From Eledone cirrhosa (Eukaryota): a stretch of 64,000 bases of DNA. Each line of letters begins with the position of its first letter. Position 1 is the first letter of the stretch. The stretch spans positions 93,372,001 to 93,436,000 of the forward strand of contig OZ024746.1 of the NCBI GenBank assembly GCA_964016885.1, written 5' to 3'. Positions 1-11,819 of the stretch are shown here, in pieces. The position numbers and the translations under genes were made by a program. The notes below the pieces were generated by a model that saw only the letters and a program-made list of their open reading frames with translations, did no database searches and had not been told where the DNA came from.

Positions 1-574
1 CCTGCCCCATCAAAAGAATTGGTGGGAGCATCAACCACCTCCCATACTTAAAAAAGATCACATCGCAATCCTGTGGAACTTTAGCATCCAAACAGACCGA
101 AAAATAGATGCAAATAGACCTGATATAATATTGAAGGACTTTAAAAAGAGGGTATGCCTGCTAATTGATATGTCCGTTCCAATAGACAAGAATGTATCTA
201 CAAAAACATTTGAAAAATTGAGCAAGTATAAGGACCTGGAGATAGAAATTGGAAAAATGTGGAAATTGAGAACTAAAACAATACCAGTGGTTGTAGGCGC
301 TCTAGGAATGATACCTAAGGGGTCTAATGATTACTTATCGCAAATCCCAGGAAACCCGCGTATAGGAGAAATACAAAAGATAGTACTAATGGGAACTGCC
401 CATATACTAAGGAAGATTCTGTCAATATAAGTACATCACAAGTCTAAACACCTAAAGATGCATGTGTGAGTATGTATGTTCTTTCTTGAACATGGCGGAC
501 CTTGTTCTCTCTTGAGGTCACTGGTTGTGACTTGGTGATAACTCGTATGAACATAAAGCAAGATAAATGCAGCT

Positions 575-603
<29 letters not shown>
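1..603 (+). mobile_element. R4/Dong-like non-LTR retrotransposon 3' fragment (REL endonuclease C-terminus, 3' UTR, (TAA)n tail)
   Basis: Translation ...WNFSIQTDRKIDANRPDII...LLIDMSVP...EKLSKYKDL...IPVVVGALG...QKIVLMGTAHILRKILSI* (stop at 430). It ends in (TAA)n at 576-604. Confidence 0.85.
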
Positions 604-605
<2 letters not shown>

Positions 606-1192
606 GGGCTGGAGACATGATGTGATGAGCAGGGTGATCCACTGGCACCTATGCAAAGTAAACAATTTACCACATTCTGAGAAGTGGTATGAGCATAAGC
701 CAGAGGCGGTGATAGAAAACGATCAGGTGAAGGTGCTGTGGGATTTTAGCATACAGACGGACAAGAAACTGGAACACAATAGACCTGACCTGGTGGTTTT
801 GGACAAAGAAAAAAGATCGTGCCTGATTGTGGATGTGGCCTGCCCATTCGACACGAGAGTGCAAGAGAAGGAGAGGGAGAAAATTAACCGATACCAGGAC
901 TTAAAGTGGGAGGTAAAAAGGATTTGGAACTGCCATGAAGTCAAAGGCGCACTAGAGACTATCTCAGAGGCGCACTAGGGACTATCTCAAAAAGTTTCCA
1001 GGGATGGTTAAAGAAAATTGGCCCCTTCACGCTTTTTGGAACGCTTCAAAAGGCATGCTTGCTGGAAACAGCAAGAACCCTCCGATACGTCCTGAATATC
1101 TGAGGCTGCAGGTAGTGGCTGGATATTCATTTCAACAAACTTTCCAGTTAACTAACATCAATGACTGAGACTCAAAAAAAAATAATAATAAT
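606..1192 (+). mobile_element. Second R4/Dong-like 3' fragment inserted at the (TAA)n tail of the first
   Basis: RHDVMSRVIHWHLCK...WYEHKPEAVIEN...LWDFSIQTDKKLEHNRPDLVVLDK...VDVACPFD...EKINRYQDL, then a frameshift and QKACLLETARTLRYVLNI*. (TAA)n follows at ~1182-1192. Confidence 0.85.
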
Positions 1193-1214
1193 ACACTATT
1201 AATAATTATTAATT

Positions 1215-1490
1215 AATGCAATCGTGCAATGCCTGTGCATGACGAATATTTTTAAAGTGAGGAAAGACTGTGCACTGAGCCAATCCCACTCTCTGAGTGT
1301 CAGTAGCTATAACACGAAAAGAAGAAAAGATCAACATCATCGGTAACTACTCAGCCGCAGATTTTATGTCGGAGTTAACCCAGTTTCCTGAGATACCTTC
1401 TCCTAGAAGAATGCCCTGACAAAGGCTAGGGGTCCTTCACTCCCAGTGGTTTAACTGCGCGATCGGGCATCCAGCCCGATTATTTCTGTC
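1215..1490 (-). mobile_element. Diverged relative of the RTE-5'UTR-like non-coding element (see 47183-47796)
   Basis: The reverse complement shares GACCCCTAGCCTTTGTC, TTCTAGGAGAAGG, GATGATGTTGA, GAGAGTGGGATTGGC and GCACAGGCATTGC with 47390-47582. Confidence 0.7.
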
Positions 1491-1631
1491 CCCGCGCAAA
1501 AAAAAACAAAAAAACTCACTTATTGACACTTATACGTACGACATACACACACGCGCACACACACACACATACATACGCGCGCACACAGCAACACTCATAC
1601 ATACAAACAAACACACACACGCTACTCACTT

Positions 1632-1679
<48 letters not shown>

Positions 1680-2351
1680 TACCGTCATTACTGATACAAG
1701 ATTACAAGATTATGTCAACTGTTGACTTTCAAGAGTTTGTAAAGTTGAAGCCGTTCGTGTTACAGTTCAGTATTATTATAATTGCTTTACAGCATAGAGC
1801 TATGGCTCTCCACGATCTGAGCTCAAATCCCGCCGAGGTCAACCTTGCCTTTCATCCCCACGGAGTCAACCAAAGAGAGTACCAGTAATGCGCTGGGCCA
1901 GTCGCTGGATCCGTGCCAAAAGCAGAAAAATTATTATTATTAAAGTTGTTTTCTTAAGGCTCGGTCGATGGTGATGGTGATGGCGGCGGTGTGGTGGTAG
2001 TGGCAGTTGATGTTGTTGTTGTGTTGTGTCCGTGTGTGTGTGTGCTTTGTTATTTTGAGTTTTTTTATATTTTTTTTTTATCGTTTGATGCCGCTGTTGT
2101 TGTTGTAAATGTTTATTTCAATCCATTCTGAAGCTCTCTACTCTGTGTTGAATGTGTGTGTATATATATATATGTATGTATATGTGTGTATATACATCAC
2201 TCAGTCAAACGACCAGATTTCAACCCCAACATCTACAACAACAACACCGGCACCAATGTTTACAGCAACATACATACACACATACATACATACATACATA
2301 CATACATACATACATACATACATACATACATACATACATACATACATACAG

Positions 2352-2454
2352 ATGAGATTCTACAGGACTAGAACTGTTTCATTCTTGAGAAATCATCAGG
2401 AGATTCCTGATGATTTCTCAAGAATGAAACAGCTCTAGTCCTGTAGAATCTCAT
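2352..2454. repeat. Near-perfect fold-back (50-bp arms, 3-nt loop) carrying a hammerhead-like core
   Basis: 2352-2401 is the reverse complement of 2405-2454 with one mismatch. CTGATGA (2407-2413) and GAAA (2426-2429) lie in the arm. Confidence 0.9.
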
Positions 2455-3210
2455 TTATATTAAAACTTTTATACTCTGCTATGTATTGAGTATCTTACTG
2501 TGGTTACCTCCGATTCAACCCGGAATAACTACATTTTCATATTACAAACGCTACCAGGATTGAACGCCTGTCTCCATCTCCGTTTGATTGTCAAAATACA
2601 TATTAACATTCTCTATTAGTCTTAATTCTATCAACTCTTCTGTTCTTTACCATTTAATATAAACTGCTATAGATAAAATGAGATTTCTTAATTCAATTCC
2701 CTAATGCATATACCAGCAGGCTACCAGCATTGTTGTTATACAGTAGCAGTGAAAATCTCCCTCTTCCTTAATTGACACTTTATATCTGTATTAATACTAC
2801 TACACCAAACGACCAGCCCTTCCCATTGTTCAATTGGTCAAATATAGATTAAAATAGACACTCCTCAAAATTCTTATTCAGATAAAATAAGCCATATACT
2901 CATTGTATTCTCATTAGAAACCCTTTATATACTTGTTTACCAGTAAATTGAATTGCCATCTGTCATATACTATCCCCTCTCTTCTTCCTTTCTTACAACT
3001 AATATAAATACTTCAATTTTTCTGATTTTTTCCAATTTATCCAATATCTCTGAAGAAGTGACAACTGATTATACATTTGCTATCGAATACTTGCTAACAT
3101 TATATGATTACGCAAGCAGCGATACATAGGTATTCCGTCTGTTACAGAAACATATGTCAATACCTAATAAATTCCTTTATAAAAGCACTTTCATTTTATA
3201 TTCATCTTTT

Positions 3211-3261
<51 letters not shown>

Positions 3262-3428
3262 GGGCTAACAAATTATTGTTATAGGTAGTCCACTTAGATG
3301 TAGTCCAGTTAGGGTACTCCGAGTAGTGGATAGTATTAACGCTTGGCTAAGTTTGACTCAACAAGACGTTTCCATAGTGATTCTGCGACTACGCGGTGAT
3401 TTCTATGTAGTTTACACTTGGAGTAATA

Positions 3429-3534
3429 ATAAATCAAGAAAGAAGAGTGACATGGTTTGCTATACAATAAGGGCTTTATTCACATACCAATAAAGCCCTT
3501 ATTGTATAGCAAACCATGTCATTCTTCTTTCTTG

Positions 3535-3540
<6 letters not shown>
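3429..3540. repeat. Fold-back (52-bp arms, 8-nt loop) abutting (TA)n
   Basis: 3429-3480 is the reverse complement of 3489-3540 with one mismatch. Confidence 0.9.
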
Positions 3541-3584
<44 letters not shown>

Positions 3585-3586
<2 letters not shown>

Positions 3587-3975
3587 GAGGGAGCTTCAAA
3601 AAGTTCGTGGAAAAAAGACAGTTGGAAAAAAAACGATATAAGTTATAATGTTTATTTTTCAATATATGGTCCATCTAAGTCAATACACCTCTGCAAGCGG
3701 TGATACCAGCCTTTGAGTCCATCTGTATAAAACCGAGGGCCATAAACTTGCTCCAGAGCGTCAATGATTTGGCTGCTCTTCCACCCTAGCTTTATCATGA
3801 ATTTGATGTTTTGATGGAGGTTATGTTGCTCTAGCGGCGACTGACTTCAACATGCATTTAAGGGTTCATGTTAGAACATGTTATGACATGTTAGTACGAG
3901 AACGTACAGGTGCATTGAGATCAAAATTCATGCATATGATTTTTAGCCATGTACTTTTTCTACGAACTTTTATAT
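3585..3975. mobile_element. Mariner-type non-autonomous element/MITE
   Basis: It starts TA|CGAGGGAGCTTCAAAAAGTTCGTGGAAAAAA. A degraded inverted copy TTTTTCTACGAACTTTT lies at ~3955-3971. Confidence 0.55.
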
Positions 3976-3979
3976 AAGT

Positions 3980-6900
3980 TTAAAATAGAAATAGAAATAG
4001 AACAGTTGCGGTTAAGAGCCAACTCCAACGAAGACAAATTCAAGTCACTCGACCAACAGATGGAAACAGAAATCTCAAGGCACTTTAAAGGCCTACTCTA
4101 TGAAAAAAACCTTAAAACTTTGGAAAGAAAATTGTGAGGATGAAGAACTAACATCCCTCCAGCGATGGGAAAAACGCCACCTGATTCAACAACTACGAAA
4201 TGGATTTCAAAAATGAACAACATACAGGTTGCCCATTTTTAAAACAAACTAAAACCCACACACCACACGCACAACAAATAACAAAAAAAGTAACAAAACG
4301 TTCAACATACCCCCAGCAAAACTATGACGATAATCCCAGAACCCATAGACAAAACTATAACCCTACTAACAAAAACCGAAGATCCTCCAACACAAAGACA
4401 GGACCCGATCCGCAGATCACAACACACACAAAACCTATTCCAAAACCGTAGACCCCAACCCACACAGAACCTGTTCCAAAATCGTAGATCCAAACCCACA
4501 CAAAGGAACAAAATCTACAACCCGGACTATCAACAAACCGAACCTCAATACGTCCGAAACTTCTATACAAGACCACACAACAACAGGGGAAATGCCATTA
4601 GATATAATAATACCAATGAAAAAATAATTCAGAAATATCATTTTTTAGACCAAGGCTACAGGACTCACGACACCCGGTGGCACAAACCGATTTTGAAAAA
4701 CCGAAAATAATCAACCTTTCAAATACAATCTTCTCAGCCCAACAAATTAAAATTCTCTCCAAAGGACTGAAAGTCACACCAACACCACAATACTCTAACC
4801 CAATGAGATAAATGACGATATCTCACACTTCTGTAGAAAATTACGTCTCACAGAGGAATTTTTTGACAAGGAGAATAACGACCAATCAATTGTACGGAAT
4901 AAAAGCAGCTACAACCCAACAAAAGGTAGAAACAGAGTTCTGGACAAATTTTGTGACCACATAGCAACTTTCCCATACCATGAACTACCGCAACCTAAAC
5001 CCAAACCCAACACGAGTCGAAGGGAATGGGAGATTATCCATGAACTAAAAAACAATACCGACATTATAATTAAGGAAGCGGACAAGGGAAGTACTGTCGT
5101 CATTATGGATGCTGAACAATATAAAACATTCTATGTTCTCTCTCTTACAAAATACTAACTTCTATGAAAGAGTAAAAAACTACCAGCAATCAAAAACGAT
5201 GACCAGATTAAACACACTCATTTGTCGTTACCAGGAAGACTTAACTAAAAAGGAACGCGATTATTTAACACATTTTGAATACAAAACCAGCAACCATTAC
5301 GGACTTCCGAAGATCCACAAGTGTAAAATAATTAACGATGCCTGTAAACAATCCACCTCAACCTGCGTGAACACACAATACCCCACTGACCTTAAATTAA
5401 GACCAATTGTAGCGGGCCCACAATGTGAAACACACAGACTTAGTAACTTCTCAAACACATACCAAGCCTTGTAAGAGACGATCTGGACCTCTTAAACCAC
5501 CTCCCCAAACATGTCAACAACGACACTATTATTACACAACGATCCCACACCAATACGGACTAGAAGCGATAGGATTCTGGCTAGAGATACCTGGCAGAGA
5601 TACCTGGCAGAGATACCTGGCTAGAGATACCTGGCAGAATAGAAAAAAGCTTCATCACCGAGGGATTAAAATTTATTTTACAGAACAACTTTTTTGATTT
5701 CGCTGGCAAATATCGGGGACTGCGATGGGTACAAAAGCCACTCCAACTTATGCCAACTTAGTCATGACATACTTGGAAGTCCAGATATATGAACAGTCCA
5801 AATCAAAATACGGATTGAACTTCCACAAATATTTATCAGAGAATTGGGAACGCTACTTGGATGATTGTCTCATTCTTTGGTCCCACACACTCGACCAACT
5901 AAATGATTTCAAAAATTTAATTAACGGCATCAATAACCACATCCAATTCACAATGGAATACATAATATACATTATGTCAACACCATAACATGCTAACCAT
6001 CCAAACAGACACATACATACACACACACATAATACCTTCTACTTTAGAAAATAAAACCAGAACTAAATAAACCTTACCATACGTTAATACTCTAACACCT
6101 TAACATGCGAATCCCCCCTCCACACACACACATATAACTCGCTCCCCCATTTCTACTAACGGAATCATTTTCCTACACACACACACACATACACACACAC
6201 AAATATATATATTCTCTCCATCTCAACACACTAGCCATACTCCCACACATAACACCCATACACACACAACTCCCTCCCCCCATTTCTTCTAATAGAATCA
6301 TCTTCCTACAAACACACACACACACACACACACACAAGCACACAGATAAACATACATATCTCTACATTCTTTATTTCAATAGAAAGTCTGAATTCTGACA
6401 CCCCAGCGAACCAACCATATTCACTGAACCAGAACAAATCTCCCCATCCTCTTGACCATTACCTTTTGCTTGGCACAACATTCTCTAAAAGGCTACAAAA
6501 TAAATTCCCAAATACGCACGCGAAACTTAATGAACTTGTTCACGTGACAGTCATTAAATTACATTTATAAAAAAAAAGCCTCTGTGAGCCACTTTTTTTA
6601 AGTAAAAAGAAATTCAAACAAACTGGCGCGAAAGCTGATGTGCTTATTCACGTGACTGCGTCAACCAACCAAGCTTCACTCATATATGAAAAAAACAACC
6701 TGAGCCCCCCCCCCTTTGTTTGAAGAACTTTGCAACGCGAACTGGCGCGGAATTTATTATACTTATTCACCAACCAATCAAATTACTTCTCTAAAAACCT
6801 GGCATTTCGAGCCACTTTTTTCCATATAAAACAAGTAACATTCAAAGACCAACCAGATGTGAGAAAAACCACAGACCCTCCATCTCAACTCTACTTTTGA

Positions 6901-6995
6901 AAAGCAGAAGAACTGCGAAACCGGTAAAGGAACCAAATAAATATATATATTTAAAAAAAAAAAGACTCCAGTTGCCTTTTCTTTTCATCTTTTTT

Positions 6996-6998
<3 letters not shown>
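3980..6998 (+). mobile_element. Penelope-like retroelement, degraded: upstream coiled-coil/low-complexity ORF, RT, AC-rich 3' region and pLTR-like end; GIY-YIG not seen
   Basis: Motifs IINLS...ILSKGL, IIIKEADKGSTVVIMD, YGLPKIHK, LRPIVAG, GTAMGTKATPTYANLVM, WERYLDDCLILW and IQFTME, with multiple frameshifts. It ends at (TA)n, and the 3' end 6860-6998 recurs at 25937-26060. Confidence 0.85.
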
Positions 6999-7028
<30 letters not shown>

Positions 7029-7035
<7 letters not shown>

Positions 7036-7743
7036 ATGCTTTGGGAGGGTCATGTTGCCAATAAGAAACACACGCACCAGTTGCTTTCACTTCAATTTAT
7101 TATAAATTAAATTTATAAATTTAGGAATTTATAAATTTCCGGTTGGTTGGTTGGTTCCACAACCAGACGATTGTTAATATATTGTCAAAGTTCTTTCGAC
7201 ACACATTCTGTGACCTCTTCAGTGACTGGGGATTATTTTCTTTGTTTTTGTGCCTCACCTTTGTTCTGTCCTACGCCATCTTGTTTTTGTGTGTGTTGTG
7301 TGCTTAGTTTGCGCATGTGTTACATCCGGGTGTCTGTGTGTGTTTATATTTGTTTATTTATTTGTTTATTTACATGTTACTGGTTGGTTGTTTGTTCTAT
7401 GTGTGTGTGTGTTTTCACTTTGTCCTTAATTGTAAGTTGTGATGTTGTTCTTCCATTCCTGTTTTCTATTTAATTTTGGTTGGAGTTCATTTATGTTTAT
7501 TGCCTCTGTGATTTGTCTACACATTGCGTCTTTTCTGTGTGTAGATTCTATTTATATTTCTATGTTCTCTAATTTACCCTTATTTTCTATTTTAGCATGT
7601 TGGTGGAATACAGATGATTCTTTACTATCTTGAAGCTCTCGCCAGTGTGTTTCTTATTGGCAACATGACCCTCCCAAAGCATAACAATATCGGTTTCAAC
7701 ACACGTTTTCAGATAAAGAATCTTGCTAAACAAATTCAGAAAA

Positions 7744-7745
<2 letters not shown>
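7029..7745 (-). mobile_element. (TA)n-embedded PLE-like non-autonomous fragment with inverted ends and a hammerhead motif
   Basis: 7029-7073 is inverted relative to 7645-7690. It is flanked by (TA)n on both sides and related to 35840-36870 and 54915-54960. Confidence 0.6.
7184..7226 (-). ncRNA. Minimal type I hammerhead ribozyme-like motif
   Basis: Minus strand: GUCA CUGAAGA GGUCACA-GAA-UGUGUGUC GAAA GAAC UU UGAC. Stem II is imperfect. Confidence 0.5.
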
Positions 7746-7798
<53 letters not shown>

Positions 7799-7840
7799 TT
7801 CAAAATATTAACAAAAATAGAACTTCACTGTGATCAAGTA

Positions 7841-7907
7841 TATTTTATTATACATATTTCAGAGGTACTCAGCTAACTTCAACAGTACGTCCTCATCAGA
7901 TAAAATA
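7841..7907 (-). ncRNA. Minimal type I hammerhead ribozyme
   Basis: Minus strand: UAUUUUAU CUGAUGA GG-AC-GUACU...AGUAC-CU-CU GAAA UAUGUA UA AUAAAAUA. It lies in the fold-back 7793-7880/7952-8040. Confidence 0.75.
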
Positions 7908-8202
7908 AGATGATGCATGATATATCCTGACATAGTACATGGTTAAGATCCAGAAGTTAGCTCAGTACCTCTGAAATATGTATAATAAAATATACTTGAT
8001 CACAATGAAGTTCTATTTTTGTTAATATTTTGAATGAATATTAATAACTCCGGAAAACCATTTTTGTTGAGTGCTTCCATCTATTGTAAAACTAATTCTT
8101 TGATTTATTCATTGAACCTTGTTTAACCTTTAAATATATATATATATCCACAATTCCTTCGCTATATATATATATATATATATATATATAGCAATTCCTT
8201 CG

Positions 8203-8276
<74 letters not shown>

Positions 8277-8407
8277 CGAAGGAATTGTGGTAAGGAACCA
8301 GATGGACCATAACGCACCAAAGTACTCAATACTTTCGACGGCTATTTCTGGACTCCATAAATAACCGTCGAAACGGCTTGAGCTCTGCCGCCGGAGTCAT
8401 ACTTGTT

Positions 8408-8491
<84 letters not shown>

Positions 8492-8507
8492 GTAATAATA
8501 ATACAAT

Positions 8508-8623
8508 TTGAAGACTAAAATTCAAAGATCCCGTTAAGGGTGAAAGCAGCGATTCTTTGCTTAAACTTTAATCTGTAATCGCTGCTTTCACCCTTAACGG
8601 GATCTTTGAATTTTAGTCTTCAA
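8508..8623. repeat. Fold-back (~47-bp arms, 22-nt loop) of a repeat also found at 18255-18365 and 63878-63942
   Basis: 8508-8554 is the reverse complement of 8577-8623. Confidence 0.85.
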
Positions 8624-8692
8624 CCTCTTCAAATGCAAGTCGATGTTATTACGGTATGTCGAATCTATTTATCTATAAAACTGTTTATATTG

Positions 8693-8758
8693 TATTTTGT
8701 CTGAGGAAGGCATAGCATATTGTTAATATGATATCCCTGAAATATATATAATGAAATA
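8693..8758 (+). ncRNA. Minimal type I hammerhead ribozyme
   Basis: UAUUUUGU CUGAGGA AGG..CAUAUU-GUU-AAUAUG..CCU GAAA UAUAUA UA AUGAAAUA. It is followed by AATAAA and then (TA)n. Confidence 0.7.
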
Positions 8759-8795
8759 AATATGGTTTTATAAATATAGTTTCCATTTATTTAAT

Positions 8796-8863
<68 letters not shown>

Positions 8864-9621
8864 CTCACGCACTCACACACGCGCATGCGCATCTGAACTC
8901 AGTAAATACGATAGTTTCACAGTAAAACTGCGACAATGTAGTGTGATTCATCATCTGCTGATGTAAGGAATGGGAACAGTTCCCTGCTCCCAGAAGGTCC
9001 ACTAAAATTAATATTAAGAATTAAAAATCATTTTGATCTGAAGCAAAACGCCAAGTTAATTCTTTCAATTAAAACCATAAAGGTTTTTTTTCTATTATTC
9101 CTAAAACACATGTGTTAGCACAAACGATCCATTGATAAAAGCAGAAAGTATGTTGTGTGTGTGTATATATGTGTGTGTGCGTGTGTATGTGTGTGTGCGT
9201 GTATGTGTGTGTGTGTATGTGTGTATGTGTGCGTGTATGTATATGTGTGTGTGCGTGTGTATGTATGTGCATGTATATGTGTGTATGTATGTGCATGTAT
9301 GTGTGTGTATGTGTGTGTATGTGTGTGTTGTGTATGTGTGTGTGTATGTGTGTATGTGTGTGTATGGATATGTGTGTGTGTATGGACATGTGTGTGCGCA
9401 CGTGTATGTGTGTGTGTATGCGTGTGTGTATGTATCTGTGTGTGTATGTATCTGTGCGTGTGTATAATTATCTGTGTGTATGTGTGTGTATGGGCATGTA
9501 TATGTGTGTGTGTGTGAACATCTGGTCATAATTAGTCTACCAATTGCTGTTATTCATCAACATTCTCTTCTTAATGCTCCTTTAAAACTGGAATACTTAG
9601 TTTGGTTTTGTTTAGCCCTAG

Positions 9622-9940
9622 CTTAGCTGTGACTGAGCACTCTTATGATAAGACATGGATGCCGTACAGTCAGATGAATAACAGGATTACCTTGTAATCA
9701 TAAGGCCCATAGTTAGACCTCTTTGTGTCGCATCTTGAGCTCTGACTGAGCACCCTTATATTAAGACATGTTTGCCGTATAGTCAGATGTTTAAGAGGTT
9801 CACATTGCAATCATAAATCCATAGTTAGACCCCTTTGTGTCGCATCTTGAGCTCTGACTTAGCACCCTTATGATAAGACGTGGATGCCGTATAGTTTAAA
9901 GGGTTCACATTGCAATCATTAAGTCCATAGTTACACCTCA
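9622..9940. repeat. Tandem repeat, ~110-bp unit x3
   Basis: The unit TGACTGAGCACCCTTATGATAAGACATGGATGCCGTA...CCATAGTTAGACC..TTTGTGTCGCATCTTGAGC recurs. Confidence 0.8.
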
Positions 9941-10204
9941 TTTTCTCGAATCTTGAGCAAATGTTCCTTTTCCATGACCTCGGATTGATCGTTGCCTTGT
10001 GAATGAAATTGGGTAGACAAAAGCTTTCTGGAGACCTGTCGGATGTACTGTACCTGTAATTGAAGGATCTAGTATTGTGACACTGAATCTCCCTGAGAAT
10101 TACGTTAAAAGTACGTATGACTGTTAATTTCCTGATCAGTCTGTTCCGTTGACCAAACAACTGGAACATGCATCATCGAAAGCAGCGGAGGACCATTCCA
10201 ATGT

Positions 10205-10520
10205 GTGTCGAATCTCGAATAATCATCGCTCCCGCCCGCTTATTAATTTTTCAGATGTTTTCCAACTCCTCGTCCTCACACTCTTATTCCACACCCCGCT
10301 CATCTATCTCACGAGAAATATTATTTTAAGTGGTAGCATTCCTCTAACAATTAATTTTCTTTATACATTAAAAAAACAACAAAACATTATACATGACAAA
10401 AAAAGAACATTACAAGAAATCTCATACGTTATAAAATAAATAGGATGGATTAAGGTAAACTAAATGAATAATTCTGGTTTTTAAAAAAATCAACGGAGAC
10501 AACCTAGAAAAATTCCCGAT
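10205..10520. mobile_element. Dispersed MITE-like repeat; second copy at 44742-45093
   Basis: Shared colinear blocks CCCGCTTATT..TTTTTCAG, TAGCATTCCT...ACAATTAATTTTCTTTA and TTTTTAAAAAATCAACGG. Confidence 0.6.
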
Positions 10521-11059
10521 TTTATGGCATTTAAAGCCCTTTGTCAGAGGAGGGAGACCAGTGGTCAGTGATTAACAGAGAGAGAGAGACAGTCCACAAG
10601 GTGGGTGACAGGCAGATGAAATATAGAAAACATATTGCTCCATCCTACGATGAAATATAAGTTGGCGACAAAGTTGAGAATTACAGTGATGAATTTGTGA
10701 TACTTATTTGCATGTCAATATATGATACTTGACAAAACCACCGCAGCGGTCATTTTATATTCATGCTGACAACCCTCTATTTTAAACTCGTCCTTCTAAA
10801 TAAGGATCAATACCAGTGCCATCAGCTGCCTTTCTTTATTTGGAATTCAAGCAGCATTACTGGAATACCTCCCTCCTACTCAGGTTCCCTTGCCCTATAG
10901 TTGATCAGCTTTTCATCGAGTTGTACTGGAAAATTCTTGGGAAATCAAATTTTCCCATGAATTGGCTCACCTGTTTTTTTTTTAATAATTAAACAAAAAT
11001 CTTCTTTTTAATGACTTGTTATGGATGAAGGTGTAACTTTCTGAGGCCCTCTGAAACAA

Positions 11060-11480
11060 GTGAAGTAAGCGCATTGATTTTCTTGTGCGATTGAAAGTCG
11101 ACAACTAAACAAAAAAATGTGAGCAGATAGGAAATTCCAGATGGCGGGAGTTCTGGAGAGGAAGGGTTAGTGAAGAATACAAGGGATAGACACATTATTC
11201 GTGGCTAAAGGAAGAGAGATGAGGAAGTTAGTTGAGTCTGGGTGGAAGTGACATGAAACCAGTTAGCACATAAGAAATATAGTGGCGGTAGATGAGATAG
11301 AGGGAGAACACAGAAGTTGGAATGTGTGGGGAAGAGTGACACTATCCTAATTAGTCGAGTAGCAATTTTTAAATCCCAGATGTAAGATCGGTATCTCATT
11401 GTGAGTCTCTTGAGTTTTGTTAAAAGTTAGCAACAGTTGCAACCTGAAGTATTTTCTGAGGGTACAGTTTCTTATATCGT
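11060..11480 (-). mobile_element. Degraded CR1/L2-group LINE 3' fragment
   Basis: Minus-strand translation fragments KIATRLI and FLSRTPAIWNFLS resemble the CR1/L2 ORF2 C-terminus. Confidence 0.4.
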
Positions 11481-11732
11481 GAATGTAAGCCCCTACCATT
11501 TCTAAAGATTTTAAAGGTTTGACTTAACTGTTGTCTATGATTATTGTGTGTGAATGTAAGCCCTACCATTTCTAAAGATTTTAAAGGTTTGACTTAACTG
11601 TTGTCTATGATTATTGTGTGTGAATGTAAGCCCCTACCATTTCTAAAGATTTTAAAGGTTTGACTTAACTGTTGTCTCTGATTATTGTGTGTGAATGTAA
11701 GCCCCTACCATTTCTAAAGATTTTGAAGGTTT
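11479..11732. repeat. Minisatellite, ~72-bp unit x3.5
   Basis: GTGAATGTAAGCCCCTACCATTTCTAAAGATTTTAAAGGTTTGACTTAACTGTTGTCTATGATTATTGTGT is repeated almost exactly. Confidence 0.9.
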
Positions 11733-11819
11733 TTAGATGTTTGTTGTTCACGATTGATGTGAATGGGTGGGATGGAAAAGGTGTCTTTCACCATTGCATG
11801 GTCAGTCTTTCATTACCTT

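Noticed and set aside
4135-4143. In-frame TGA codons in the PLE upstream ORF as possible selenocysteine
   Set aside because: An alternative frame reads WKENCEDEEL through this point, so it is better explained by a decay frameshift. No SECIS was identified.
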